From the NCBI GenBank assembly GCA_963699545.1, contig CAVOUE010000006.1, positions 1 to 64,000 of the forward strand: a DNA stretch of 64,000 nucleotides, in the 5' to 3' direction. This document shows positions 39,197-51,477 of this stretch, in pieces. The position numbers were made by a program, and so were the translations under genes. The notes under the pieces are model-generated. The model had not been told where the DNA came from and searched no databases. It saw only the letters and a program-made list of their open reading frames with translations. The first letter of the stretch is position 1. Each line of letters opens with the position of its first letter. This DNA is from Nitrospirota bacterium. Its GTDB lineage: Bacteria; Nitrospirota; Thermodesulfovibrionia; Thermodesulfovibrionales; UBA9159.

Positions 39197-41308
39197 CTAT
39201 CTCCTCCTCCTCAGGAAATCCCTGGGCTTTCCGGCCCCCTTGGGCGGGCCTACAAGGCCATCCTCCTCAAGAAGTTCCATGATCCTCGCCGCCCTGTTAT
39301 ACCCGATCCTGAACCTTCGCTGAATGGACGATATCGACATCTCCCCCATGGATTCGCCGAATTCCACTACCTTCTGGTACACGTCGTCCCTCTCAAGGGA
39401 GAGGTCATCACGGTCGGGCTCTTCAACAACGATAGACGCGAAGAGGGCATAGTCGGGTACCCCCTGGGCAGTGATGAACTCAGTGACCGCCCGTATCTCT
39501 TCCACCGTAACAAGGGCTCCGTGGATCCTCTCTATCCTCTTTCCCGGAAGCATGAGGAGCATATCCCCCTTGCCCAAGAGTTGTTCCGCGCCCTGGCCAT
39601 CGATGATGGTGCGTGAATCGATCCTTGAAGTGACATGGAAGGATATCCTCGCAGGGAAGTTCGCCTTGATCACCCCCGTAATAACGTCCACCGACGGTCT
39701 CTGGGTCGCAAGGATAAGGTGAATGCCCGAGGCCCGCGCCATCTGGGCAAGCCGCGCAATGGAGTCCTCGACCTCATTGGCGGACGCGAACATGAGATCT
39801 GCCAGTTCATCGATGAACACGACGATATAGGGGATCTGTTCCTCATCAGGCACCATCCTGTTAAAGGCTTCTATGTTCCGCACCCCTTTTTCCGCGAGGA
39901 GCCTGTACCGCCTCTCCATCTCGAAGACCATCTTTCTCAGGGCCTCTGCCGCTTCCTTCGCCCCTGTTATTACTGGCGAGATGAGATGGGGGATATTCTC
40001 ATATGAAGACAGCTCCAGCAGCTTCGGGTCTATCATCAGCATCTTCACTTCCTTCGGCGTTGCCTTGTAGAGGATGCTCATGATCATGGAGTTGATGGAG
40101 ACGCTCTTTCCTGCGCCTGTGGCCCCCGCCACAAGAAGGTGGGGCATCTTCAAAAGGTCCTCCACAACAGGCGTGCCAAAGATGTCCTTGCCAAGGGCAA
40201 GGCTCAGCTTGGAATGGCTCTTCTGGAAAACCTCCGACGAAATGATCTCCCTGATGCTGACCGTTTCGCGATCCCTGTTGGGAACTTCTATCCCCAGGAC
40301 CGACTTCCCCGGCATAGTGGTCACCCGTACGCTCTGGGCCTTGAGGGAAAGGGCGAGGTCATCCGAGAGAGAGACCACACGGTTGATCTTCACTCCCGCC
40401 GCCGGCTCAAATTCATACATCGTCACCACAGGGCCCGAATGCACCTGGGTCACCTTCCCCTCCACGTCAAAATCCTTCAGCTTTCTCTCAAGGAGGGTCG
40501 AACTCGAAAGGATATCTTCCCTCGTGGGTCTCGTGGAAGTGAATGCGGGAAGATGCAGGAATTCGATGTGCGGCAGTTCATATTCTCCTTTCCGGGCCGG
40601 TGTATTCCGGCGGGGCAACGGCCGGTCCTCCGGCGGGAACGCTTTTTCCCTGATTATCTCCCTCTCATGCATGACGATCGGGATTCCCCCTGTTTCTGTT
40701 GCGCCCTGCAGCATCTTAAGGGCTGCCGAAGGTTCACCCAGGATGATGGGTTCTTCACCACGAGGCGCGACAGCGCGACCGGTTCTTTCCTCGGGCTTTC
40801 TTGCCACGAGAGATTCGATGGAAACAGGACTGAAGATGACGAGAGAAATGACGAGGACGGCCAATGAGAATATATATGCACCGGGGAGGGAAAGCAGGCC
40901 CAGGAGAAGGTCTGACAGCTGCAGTCCTACAATGCCCCCTGCCTTGCCCACGGGATCAAGATGAAAGGTCGCCGTTATCAGGGAAGCGAGCGTCGAAGCT
41001 GAAAGCATGAGAAGAAAGAGACCGAGGAGGTAGATCCTGTGGCATTCCCTGCCCAGCACCCTCCTGATGCCGTATATAACAAAGACGGCGGGGAGAATAT
41101 ACGTGACCAGACCGACAGAGGAGATGAGAAAATCAGCGATGTAAGAGCCGATAATGCCCCCATAGTTCCTGGTGGGAAGGGTGGTGAACACAAACAGCGA
41201 AGAGTCCCACTCAGAATAGGTCGCCAGGCTCAGACCGGTGTAGATGCCGGCAAAGACCGATACCACTCCTACGATATCCTGCCTTATTTTCGTCAAACGC
41301 TCACTCAT
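39197..41308 (-). CDS. ftsK: DNA translocase FtsK
   Basis: N-terminal TM helices, MPHLLVAGATGAGKS, DELADLM, ATQRPS, gamma domain IGYNRAAR. Confidence 0.95.
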   Translation of the reverse strand: MSERLTKIRQDIVGVVSVFAGIYTGLSLATYSEWDSSLFVFTTLPTRNYGGIIGSYIADFLISSVGLVTYILPAVFVIYGIRRVLGRECHRIYLLGLFLLMLSASTLASLITATFHLDPVGKAGGIVGLQLSDLLLGLLSLPGAYIFSLAVLVISLVIFSPVSIESLVARKPEERTGRAVAPRGEEPIILGEPSAALKMLQGATETGGIPIVMHEREIIREKAFPPEDRPLPRRNTPARKGEYELPHIEFLHLPAFTSTRPTREDILSSSTLLERKLKDFDVEGKVTQVHSGPVVTMYEFEPAAGVKINRVVSLSDDLALSLKAQSVRVTTMPGKSVLGIEVPNRDRETVSIREIISSEVFQKSHSKLSLALGKDIFGTPVVEDLLKMPHLLVAGATGAGKSVSINSMIMSILYKATPKEVKMLMIDPKLLELSSYENIPHLISPVITGAKEAAEALRKMVFEMERRYRLLAEKGVRNIEAFNRMVPDEEQIPYIVVFIDELADLMFASANEVEDSIARLAQMARASGIHLILATQRPSVDVITGVIKANFPARISFHVTSRIDSRTIIDGQGAEQLLGKGDMLLMLPGKRIERIHGALVTVEEIRAVTEFITAQGVPDYALFASIVVEEPDRDDLSLERDDVYQKVVEFGESMGEMSISSIQRRFRIGYNRAARIMELLEEDGLVGPPKGAGKPRDFLRRRR

Positions 41309-41490
41309 CTCTCGCTATGACCACCCTTCCTGGACTGCCCTGTAGATTATAACAGATTGAACCGGACAGGGTCCTTCATTTTGAAAGACGCCGGTGGCAT
41401 CAGGGATGCGCAGGATCTCACCCTGAGAGGGAAGAAGGTTTCCGGGAGACATTAAGACAGTACGGGGAAGAACCGGCAGCGGCCCCTCAA

Positions 41491-43183
41491 CTACACCTCA
41501 ACAATGATCGGCATGATCATGGGACGGCGTTCCATGGTGTTGCGGAGATATTTCTTGAGGGTGCTTCTCAGTTTTGCCTGGAGCAGGGACGAATCGGTGA
41601 TCATCTCCTTGTCCATCTGCCTGAGCGTATTCAATACCAGCTCCTTCACATCGTTCATCACGTCCGGCGAGGCGTCCTCGAAGACGAATCCACGGGAGAT
41701 GATGTCAGGACCGGATATGATATTCCCGGTGAGCTTCTCAACAGCGATGTGCACGAGGACGATGCCGTCGTGGGCGAGCCTTCGCCTGTCACGCAGCACC
41801 ATATCCTCCACGTCCCCCATGCCTTTCCCGTCAATGAAGACGCGTCCTGAACTCACCGAACCGTTCTTTGCAGCGCCTGCTTCGGAGATCTCCAGGACCT
41901 CTCCGTTTTCAAGGATGAAGATGTTTTCTCTGGGCACCACGGTCTTTTCCGCAAGCATCCCGTGATATCTGAGATGCCGGTATTCTCCGTGGACCGGCAT
42001 GAAGTATTTCGGCCTCACCATGTTCAGCATCAGCTTCAGCTCTTCCTTTGAAGCATGGCCGGAGACATGGATCTCCGAAACTTTTTCATAGATCACGTTC
42101 GCCCCGCGCCTGAAGAGGTGATTGATGATCTTGCCGATGGAGCGCTCGTTGCCGGGGATGATCTTCGCCGAAAGGATGACGGTGTCGCCGTCCTTTATCT
42201 GTATGGCCTTATGCTCACCCATGGCGATCCTTGAAAGCACGCTCATGGGCTCGCCCTGGCTCCCGGTGGTGATGATAACTACTTCTTCATCCTTCAGTTT
42301 GTTCAGGTCTTCGAGCCTCAGCCACGTGTCTGCAGGCATCCTGAGATACCCGAGGTCAAGGGCTATCTGGGAATTGGAGACGATGCTCTTGCCGCAGAGG
42401 ATGACCTTCTTGCCGTACATCACCGCCACATCGATGGCCTGCTGTATCCTGTGGATATTCGAAGCGAAGGTGGAGATGATGATCCTGCCCTTTACCTTCG
42501 AGAATATGTCCTCAAAGGCCCTCCTCACCTCTTTTTCGGAGAACGTGAACCCACCCTTTTCCGCGTTCGTGCTGTCGGAGAGCAGGAGAAGGGTCCCTTT
42601 TTCCCCGTACTCCGAAAATCTGTGGAAGTCCATCAACTGGCCGTCCACAGGGGTGGGGTCGAGCTTGAAGTCACCGGTATGCACAACTCTTCCCAAGGGG
42701 AGTTGCAATGCAGAGTCCTACACCGTCCACAATGCTGTGCGTGACCCTCACAAATTCAATGTTGAACGCCCCCAGGTGGATAATGTCCCTCGGTCTGACC
42801 GCGATAAGCCTGATATGCTCGAGGTGGTGTTCCTTCAGCTTCTCCCTTATCAGCCCGATGGTGAGGGGGGTGCCATAAACAGGGACATCGATCTCCTTCA
42901 ACAGAAAAGGGAGAGCCCCGGTGTGGTCCTCATGTCCGTGGGTAATGATTATCCCTCTTATCTTTTCCCTGTTTTCAAGGACGTAGGAATAATCGGGGAT
43001 AACGAAGTCCACGCCGAGCATGTCTTCTTCCGGGAACATGAGACCGGCATCCACGATGATCATGTCGTCGGAATACTCAAATACCGTTGAGTTGAGGCCG
43101 ATCTCCTCGACCCCTCCAAGGGGAATTATGGAAAGAGAGTTATTCACCTCTGTTTGTCCGACCCTGATGAGCATTGGCAGCAA
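41491..43183 (-). CDS. rnj: Ribonuclease J, frameshift near 42710
   Basis: PLGGVEEIG, THGHEDH, HTGDFK.D, DSTNA, HVSGHA, PVHGE. Confidence 0.95.
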
Positions 43184-43198
43184 TGCTTGTCATAAACG

Positions 43199-44117
43199 TC
43201 ATGACCGGGATTCGCCGAGCAGAAATTCCAGAAGTGCCTTCTGTGAATGGAGCCGGTTCTCCGCCTGATCAAAGACCGCGCTGCGGGGCCCATCCATGAC
43301 CTCATCCGTTATCTCTTCTCCGCGCTGGGCAGGAAGACAGTGAAGAACGACGGCATCCTTCCTGGCACAGGAGAGGAGCGCATCATTCACCTGATACGGT
43401 CCGAACCTCCGCTTCCTCTCCTCGCCCTCCCGTTCCTGCCCCATGCTCACCCACACATCCGTGTAGATGACATCGGCCCTGCCTGCAGCCTCACGGGGAT
43501 CCCGGAGGATGACGATCTCGCTCTTTGCGCTATCCCTCGCCCTTTCAAGGACATCTGCGTCCGGCTCGTATCCCTCGGGACACGCCATGACCAGGTTGAT
43601 CTCCATTTTCGCTGCGGCCTCTATCAGCGAATTCGCCACATTGTTGCCGTCTCCTATGAACGCGAGGTGAATACCCTTAAGCCTGCCCTTCTTCTCCCGG
43701 ACCGTCATGAGGTCGGCAAGGGCCTGACACGGATGATGCCGGTTCGAAAGACCATTGATCACCGGGACGGATGCACGGGATGCAAATTCCTCAAGCCTCG
43801 AGTGCTCAGAGGTCCTTATGACAACGGCGCTCAAGTACCGCGAAAGGGTCCGCGCGGTGTCTCCGATGGTTTCACCCCTTCCCATCTGGAGTTCCCGAAG
43901 GGTTCATGATAGATGGCCTGGGCGCCCAACTGGTAGATCCCCGCCTCGAAGGACACCCTGGTCCGCGTGGATGCCTTCTCGAAGAGAAGACCGATACTTT
44001 TCCCTATGAGGGGACAGCGGTTCGGCGTCCTTCCCGGATCTTGAGTTCCAGGGCCCTCATGATGATTGAGTCGTATCTCTCCGGAGGATAGGTCCCATAC
44101 CGTAAGAAAATCCCTTT

Positions 44118-44121
<4 letters not shown>
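43199..44121 (-). CDS. argF: Ornithine carbamoyltransferase, frameshifted
   Basis: [34 protein letters not shown]. Confidence 0.95.
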
Positions 44122-45321
<1,200 letters not shown>

Positions 45322-45409
45322 AGAGAAATGATAACGAAAAACCCGATAAAAATCAAATAAATAGCGGGGTCGCGAGGGAAAATGCCGGCTTCTGCCGACG
45401 TGGTCCCCG

Positions 45410-46525
45410 TCACCGCCCCATGATCTGGACGTATTTGGCGATACCGTTTCTCGTGATCAGCCCGAGAAGCTTACCCTTCTCCAGCACCGCGAGCCTTCCC
45501 TGGTCCTCACTGATCATCAGTTCCAGGGCCTTCAGCGCGTCGTCACTTTCGGGGACCTCCCATTTCCTGTCATGCGGTGTCAGGATTTCGGAAACGCGCA
45601 CCGTTCCCCACCTTTCCCTCGGCACATCTTTGACCTCTTTCAGCGTCACAAATCCAAGGAACCCCTCGTTTGCCATAACGGGAAAACCACCGAAGCCGTA
45701 CCTGAGAAAGTACTCGTTGACCGCGGTTTCCACTGTCATATCAGAGGGCATGGTAATGATCCCCCGCGTCATGATATCCCTGACCTTCACACCGGCAAGG
45801 GTCTGCTGAAGACTCGCCTGCTGATAGCTTGCCTGGGCAGCGGTGTGGAGAAACCATCCGATAAGCATGAGCCATAGCCCGCCGGTAAGTCCGGCGAACA
45901 AGGAGAAAAGACCGAAAAAAACGAAAAAAAGGGCGATCTTCTGGCCGTAGCCGGATGCCTTCCGGGTTGCATAGAAGAAGTCACTGCTCCTCTTCCAGAT
46001 AAATGCCCTTACCACCCTTCCGCCATCCATGGGAAAACCGGGAACAAGGTTGAACAATCCCAGTATGAGATTCAGCTGGGCAAGATACGAAAAAAGTGCC
46101 CTTGCCAGTTCCCCTGTTACTGCGAAGTAAAGGAGAAGGAACAGGAAGGAGAGAACGAAGCTCGAGAGCGGCCCCGCAACAGCAATCCTGAACTCCGCCC
46201 CCGGGTCCGGCGGCTCCTCCTTCATCTGTGACACGCCTCCGAAGATATACAGGGTGATACTGACTATGGGGAGGCCGTATCTGAGGGCTATGAGGGAGTG
46301 AGCGAGCTCATGAAACGCCACGGATATGAAGAGGAGTATGGCGGCAAGGGCGCCCGCACTCCAATAGGAGATGGCCGGCAACTGACGGGCAGCCTTCGGA
46401 AAATAAAAGGTGGCCAGCGACCATGTGATCAGGCCGAAGATGATAAGCCATGAGAAATGCACCCTTACGGGGATTCCCATGACCGTCGCAATTTTCCATG
46501 AACCGTGGTGTAACGGTGTTTCCAT
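45410..46525 (-). CDS. Site-2 (M50) protease with CBS domains
   Basis: HELAH, NLVPGFPMDGG, CBS pair. Confidence 0.9.
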   Translation of the reverse strand: METPLHHGSWKIATVMGIPVRVHFSWLIIFGLITWSLATFYFPKAARQLPAISYWSAGALAAILLFISVAFHELAHSLIALRYGLPIVSITLYIFGGVSQMKEEPPDPGAEFRIAVAGPLSSFVLSFLFLLLYFAVTGELARALFSYLAQLNLILGLFNLVPGFPMDGGRVVRAFIWKRSSDFFYATRKASGYGQKIALFFVFFGLFSLFAGLTGGLWLMLIGWFLHTAAQASYQQASLQQTLAGVKVRDIMTRGIITMPSDMTVETAVNEYFLRYGFGGFPVMANEGFLGFVTLKEVKDVPRERWGTVRVSEILTPHDRKWEVPESDDALKALELMISEDQGRLAVLEKGKLLGLITRNGIAKYVQIMGR

Positions 46526-46704
46526 GAGCTTTCCCTGAAAGATCTACCCTAAAGATATACTACCATTCCCCTGTGATATTTCAAGCAAAATAGCAGGAGA
46601 TCAGCGGTCTCGGCCGTGATTTTGTTGATCCGATGTTGAAACCAGCTCCCTTTTGGTGTATTATGAGCAGTAGGAACTTCATTCTAGGGGAAGGAGGTGA
46701 GACA

Positions 46705-46878
46705 ATGAAAATCGTTCTTGTCCTTATTATGACACTTTTTGTAGTTGGGTGTGCTTCAAAGGAGTATGTGCGGCAGCAAATAGATCCCTTGGTGGATAAG
46801 ATCAATAAGTGTCAGGCTTGTTGCGACCAGAATCAGAAAGCGATGAAGAAGTCGTTTGAATTGCAGCAGAAGAAATAG
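46705..46878 (+). CDS. Small lipoprotein
   Basis: RBS AAGGAGG; lipobox VVGC; helical tail. Confidence 0.7.
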   Translation: MKIVLVLIMTLFVVGCASKEYVRQQIDPLVDKINKCQACCDQNQKAMKKSFELQQKK

Positions 46879-47120
46879 TACTTACAAAGGGGGGGAGCCC
46901 AGAGACTTTTGCGTTTGGGCTCCTGCGCTTAACCACACTGAGTCGCACTTTCTGTGGATCCCCCTCTCCCCTTCCCCATGACGAGGACGCCGGCTAAAGC
47001 AAGCGAGAAAGTCCCTTGACTTCTCGCAGCAACGGAAGAGTTTTTTCTTGACATTGTTTTGCATATGTGGTAATAATTGGAAGGTTTAAGGAGTCCTAAA
47101 AGGAAGGAGGTGACAGTTCA

Positions 47121-47315
47121 ATGAAGAAGATTATCGCCTTGTTACTTTCATTATTGCTCATAGTGGCCTTTACCATGACTGTGGGCTGCAAGAAGGCTGA
47201 GGAACCGAAGCCAATGCCGGCTCCGGCACCAACTGCTCCGGCACCAGAGAAGCCGGCAGAGGGAGGAGCACCGGCACCTGGAGCACCAGCTCCGGCACCA
47301 GCACCGGGCAAATAG
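47121..47315 (+). CDS. Small Pro/Ala-rich lipoprotein
   Basis: RBS AAGGAGG; lipobox TVGC; APAP repeats. Confidence 0.75.
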   Translation: MKKIIALLLSLLLIVAFTMTVGCKKAEEPKPMPAPAPTAPAPEKPAEGGAPAPGAPAPAPAPGK

Positions 47316-47326
47316 TTATTCATCGG

Positions 47327-47365
47327 ACATCAGGGGTAGGAAACTGCCCCTGATGTTGCTTTTTT
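47327..47365 (+). terminator. Rho-independent terminator
   Basis: ACATCAGGGG...CCCCTGATGT stem followed by a T tract. Confidence 0.75.
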
Positions 47366-47408
47366 CCGGCAATCATTTTATCATATATAGAGAGCGGTTC
47401 TTTACTTG

Positions 47409-47436
47409 AAGAGTGGTCAAACCACTTTTTTTTTTG
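47409..47436 (+). promoter_or_regulatory. rimP leader-like hairpin/attenuator
   Basis: AAGAGTGGTCAAACCACTTTTTTTT immediately before rimP. Confidence 0.6.
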
Positions 47437-47440
47437 GTTC

Positions 47441-47908
47441 ATGGAAAGAAATGTGGAGCAGAAAATTCAGGCTCTGGCGGCGCAGGCGGCCGATGAGTGC
47501 GGTTATGAGCTTGTGGAAGTGAGCCTGCTCGGCAGGGGAAAGAGAACCCTGCTCAGGGTGTTCATTGACAGGGAGGGAGGAGTAACCCTGAATGACTGCG
47601 AGGTATTCAGCAGGAGGCTTGAGTCCCTCCTTGATGTGGAGGACCCGCTTGCAGGTTCATATACACTGGAGGTCTCGTCTCCGGGCCTCGACAGGCCGCT
47701 GAAGGACCCGAAGGATTTCAGGAGAAGTATAGGAAAACTGGTGAGGATCGTGACAAGGGAGGACATTAACAACCGCACCTTCTTCGCGGGCAGGCTTGTC
47801 GGAGTCGACGGTGATCTCGTCAGGTTGTCCGTTTCAGAAGGCGGGGAGGAAGTCGTCATTCCCTTTGACATCATATCAAGAGCGAGGCTGGAGATTGAGC
47901 TGAAATGA
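47441..47908 (+). CDS. rimP: Ribosome maturation factor RimP
   Basis: LRVFID, DC, Y.LEVSSPGLDRPL. Confidence 0.95.
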   Translation: MERNVEQKIQALAAQAADECGYELVEVSLLGRGKRTLLRVFIDREGGVTLNDCEVFSRRLESLLDVEDPLAGSYTLEVSSPGLDRPLKDPKDFRRSIGKLVRIVTREDINNRTFFAGRLVGVDGDLVRLSVSEGGEEVVIPFDIISRARLEIELK

Positions 47909-49041
47909 CAAAGGAACTCTGTTTTATCGTCGAGCAGTTGAGCAGGGAGAAGGGTATCCCCAAGGATATGCTCATTGCCACCCTCGAGTCCGCACTGCTG
48001 TCTGCCGCCAGGAAAAAATACGGAGGCAGGACGAACGTCAACCTCAGGATCGATCCCAAGACCTGTGCGATCACGGTCTTTGAATCAAAGAAGATCGTTG
48101 AGACGGTAAACGATAAGAACGAAGAGATAACAGCGCAGGATGCTGCAAAGATCTCCCCGGGAAAATCATTGGGCGACGAGGTCGAGGTCCCCATTTTCCT
48201 TCAGGACTTCGGAAGGATCGCAGCCCAAACCGCCAAGCAGGTCATCTTTCAGCGGGTGAGAGAGGCAGAGAGAGACGTCATATTCAAGGAATACAAAGAC
48301 AAGGTCGGCCGTATCATCAGCGGGATAGTGATGCGCAAGGAGCGGGGCATGTACTTCCTGAATGTCGGCAAGACCGAGGCGATCCTCATTCAGAAGGAGT
48401 CCCTTCCCGGAGAGAACCTCAAGAGGGGGGATACGGTCAGGGCGTATATCGAAGACGTCAGGGTTACCCCAAAAGGACCTGTTATCTACCTTTCGAGGAC
48501 CAACCCGAAATTCGTCCTGGAGCTCTTTGTGATGGAGGTACCCGAGATATCAGAAGGGCTCGTGGTAATAAAGAATATCGTTCGCGAGCCGGGGGAAAGG
48601 ACGAAGATCGCGGTATTCTCCAAAGACCACACCATAGACCCTGTGGGCGCATGCGTCGGTATGAAAGGCACGAGGGTGCAGTCCATCGTGCGTGAACTGC
48701 GCGGTGAGAGGATAGACATCATCCCCTGGACCGATGACCCGAGGATCCTGATCTCCCGGGCGCTGAGTCCGGCCACCGTGGACAAGATCGGGATAAACGA
48801 AGAGGAAAAAACCGCCATGGTGGTGGTCAATGACCAGCAGTTGTCCCTGGCCATCGGCAAGAAGGGACAGAACGTGAAGCTCGCAATGAAGCTCACCGGG
48901 TGGGATATCGATATCCTGAGCGATTCCGAATACTCAAAGATGAGGAGCGAAGAGTCCGACGCAGTCCTTCCGGACGGTCTCAGGAAGGGACCATCAAGAA
49001 CGGACAAGGATCCGGGGAAATCAGAAGATTCACCGGAATAA
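47905..49041 (+). CDS. nusA: Transcription factor NusA
   Basis: FGRIAAQTAKQV, EVPEI, REPG.RTKIAV, LSLAIGKKGQNVKLA. Confidence 0.95.
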   Translation: MTKELCFIVEQLSREKGIPKDMLIATLESALLSAARKKYGGRTNVNLRIDPKTCAITVFESKKIVETVNDKNEEITAQDAAKISPGKSLGDEVEVPIFLQDFGRIAAQTAKQVIFQRVREAERDVIFKEYKDKVGRIISGIVMRKERGMYFLNVGKTEAILIQKESLPGENLKRGDTVRAYIEDVRVTPKGPVIYLSRTNPKFVLELFVMEVPEISEGLVVIKNIVREPGERTKIAVFSKDHTIDPVGACVGMKGTRVQSIVRELRGERIDIIPWTDDPRILISRALSPATVDKIGINEEEKTAMVVVNDQQLSLAIGKKGQNVKLAMKLTGWDIDILSDSEYSKMRSEESDAVLPDGLRKGPSRTDKDPGKSEDSPE

Positions 49042-49059
49042 CCCCTTCACACCGCCTCT

Positions 49060-51150
49060 ATGGATAGGGACCCTTCAGAATTCCCGATCCAGTACATAAA
49101 AGGTGTAGGCCCCCAAAGGGCGAGATTGCTTGGCCGCCTGGATATAAGGACCGCCCGGGACGCCCTGTACTACCTGCCCTACCGTTATGAAGACCGCAGG
49201 AACATCAAGAAGATATGCCATCTGAGCTATGGCGCCATGGAGACCACGACCGGGAAGATCGTCTCCATGGACGTGGTAAAGCTCCCCAGAAGCCGCTTCA
49301 GGATATTTGAGCTCGTCATCTCAGACGGGACTGGTGTGCTGAAGGGCAAATGGTTCAATCAGCCTTTCATGAAGAAGAACTTTTCTCTCGGGCGGGAAGT
49401 GATCCTGAGCGGAGTGGTGAAACGTAACCCCTATTGGGGCATCGGCCTCGAGATCGAAAACCCCGAATTCGAATTCACTGATGACGACGCTGAAAACCTC
49501 ATTCACACCTCCCGGGTCGTGCCGGTGTACCGAACCACCGCCGGGATGAGCGTCAGGCTCCTGCGTTCCATCATGTTCAATGTCGTCAGCGCATGTGCAG
49601 AGCACCTGGAAGATCCGCTCCCTGGAGAACTCCCTCCAAAATACCACCTTCCCCCCCTGAAGGACAGCATCTGCAATATCCATTTCCCCGACCAGGAAGC
49701 CGACATAGAGCGTCTGAACAGTGGCACGAGTGATTACCAGAGGAGGCTTTCCTTTGACGAACTCTTTCACCTCGAACTCGGCATCGCGGTCATGAAGAAG
49801 GGCGAGACGAGGGAAAAGGGCATCGCCTTTACCCCGGAAGGCAGACTGGTGAAGAGGCTCATCGAAGGGCTCTCCTTCAGGCTGACCGCGGCCCAGGAGA
49901 GGGTCTTCGGGGAGATACTGGAGGATATGAAGAAACCCTACCCCATGAACCGGCTGATCCAGGGGGACGTTGGCTGCGGCAAGACGATCGTGGCACTCAT
50001 GGCCATGCTCTCTGCTGTCGAATGCGGGTATCAGGCCGCCATAATGGCACCCACGGAGATACTCGCGGAGCAGCATTACCTGAACATCCGCAGGCTCGTG
50101 GAAGATCTTGGTCTCGGCATATGCCTGCTCACCGCCAGCACAAAAGGGGGCCCGGCGGAAGAGATCGCTTCAGGCGGCATGCACATCGTCGTCGGCACCC
50201 ATGCCCTGATACAGGCAGGGGTGAAGTTCAGGAAACTCGGACTTGTGGTGATCGACGAACAGCACCGCTTCGGAGTAATGCAACGGGCGCTGCTCCGCAA
50301 AAAAGCCCGGAACCCCGACGTCCTTGTCATGACCGCCACTCCCATTCCGAGAACTCTGGCCATGACCGTATACGGGGATCTGGACTACTCGGTGGTCGAT
50401 GAACTCCCCCCCCGGAGAAGCCCCGTGCTCACACGGCTCTTCTACGAGAACCGGAAGCAGCTCATCTATCAGGCCATCGCGTCGGAGGTGAACAAGGGAA
50501 GACAGGTGTATGCGGTCTATCCTGTTATCGAAGAATCGGAGAACTCTGACCTGAAATCCGCAATGCTCGGCAAGGCCGCCCTGGAAAGGATGTTCCCCGG
50601 CTACAGAACAGGACTTATTCATGGTAAGATGAAGACTGCGGAAAGGGAGAAGGTAATGGCGTCCTTCAAGGACGGGGAGATTGACATCCTTGTGAGCACC
50701 ACGGTCATTGAGGTCGGGGTGGACGTGCCCAATGCGACCATGATGCTCATCGTCCATGCCGAACGGTTCGGCCTTGCCCAGCTTCACCAGTTGAGAGGGA
50801 GGGTCGGCAGAGGCAGCGACCAGTCCTGTTGCCTCCTCCTCGCATATCCGCCCGTGGGGGAGGAAGCGAAAAAGAGACTGGATATCATGGTGAAGACGAC
50901 CGACGGGTTCAGGATCGCCGAGGAGGACCTTGACATCAGAGGACCGGGGGAGTTCTTTGGAACACGGCAGTCCGGGATACCTGATCTCAAGGTCGCGAGC
51001 ATCGTGAGGGATGCACGGCTTCTGGAACAGGCGCGGAAAGAGGCCTTCGCCATGATCGACCGTGATCCTTATCTCGAAAAATCACCCCGCCTGAAAAAGA
51101 CCGTGGAGAGGTTCTGGCAGGGGAAAATGGACATATTCAGGACAGGCTGA
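49060..51150 (+). CDS. recG: ATP-dependent DNA helicase RecG
   Basis: QGDVGCGKT, DEQHRFGV, MTATPIPRT, QLHQLRGRVGRG. Confidence 0.95.
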   Translation: MDRDPSEFPIQYIKGVGPQRARLLGRLDIRTARDALYYLPYRYEDRRNIKKICHLSYGAMETTTGKIVSMDVVKLPRSRFRIFELVISDGTGVLKGKWFNQPFMKKNFSLGREVILSGVVKRNPYWGIGLEIENPEFEFTDDDAENLIHTSRVVPVYRTTAGMSVRLLRSIMFNVVSACAEHLEDPLPGELPPKYHLPPLKDSICNIHFPDQEADIERLNSGTSDYQRRLSFDELFHLELGIAVMKKGETREKGIAFTPEGRLVKRLIEGLSFRLTAAQERVFGEILEDMKKPYPMNRLIQGDVGCGKTIVALMAMLSAVECGYQAAIMAPTEILAEQHYLNIRRLVEDLGLGICLLTASTKGGPAEEIASGGMHIVVGTHALIQAGVKFRKLGLVVIDEQHRFGVMQRALLRKKARNPDVLVMTATPIPRTLAMTVYGDLDYSVVDELPPRRSPVLTRLFYENRKQLIYQAIASEVNKGRQVYAVYPVIEESENSDLKSAMLGKAALERMFPGYRTGLIHGKMKTAEREKVMASFKDGEIDILVSTTVIEVGVDVPNATMMLIVHAERFGLAQLHQLRGRVGRGSDQSCCLLLAYPPVGEEAKKRLDIMVKTTDGFRIAEEDLDIRGPGEFFGTRQSGIPDLKVASIVRDARLLEQARKEAFAMIDRDPYLEKSPRLKKTVERFWQGKMDIFRTG

Positions 51151-51162
51151 AGGGAGGAACCG

Positions 51163-51477
51163 ATGTGGAGAAGAGTGAAGGACAATCTCGATTCGGGCAT
51201 CGAGAAGGTGAAATGGTTTTCGTCTCTGCTGAACGAGAGGATGAAGATAGAGGTCTCTCTCTTCAAACTCCTCTATCAGTCCGCTGAGATGGAGAAAAAA
51301 AAGGCTGCGCTTCTGAAGACGGTCGGGGAAAGGGTCTTTGAACTGAAGAGCGGCCCGGAAAAACGGGTACTCAGGGATCCCGTGATAGTGGATGCGCTGA
51401 AGGACCTGGAGGAACTGAATGCAGAGATAGAGGATGTGAGGAAAAGTGCTTCCGAGATCGAAAAAATAGAAGCATGA
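51163..51477 (+). CDS. Hypothetical coiled-coil protein
   Basis: RBS; overlaps the pilD start. Confidence 0.65.
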   Translation: MWRRVKDNLDSGIEKVKWFSSLLNERMKIEVSLFKLLYQSAEMEKKKAALLKTVGERVFELKSGPEKRVLRDPVIVDALKDLEELNAEIEDVRKSASEIEKIEA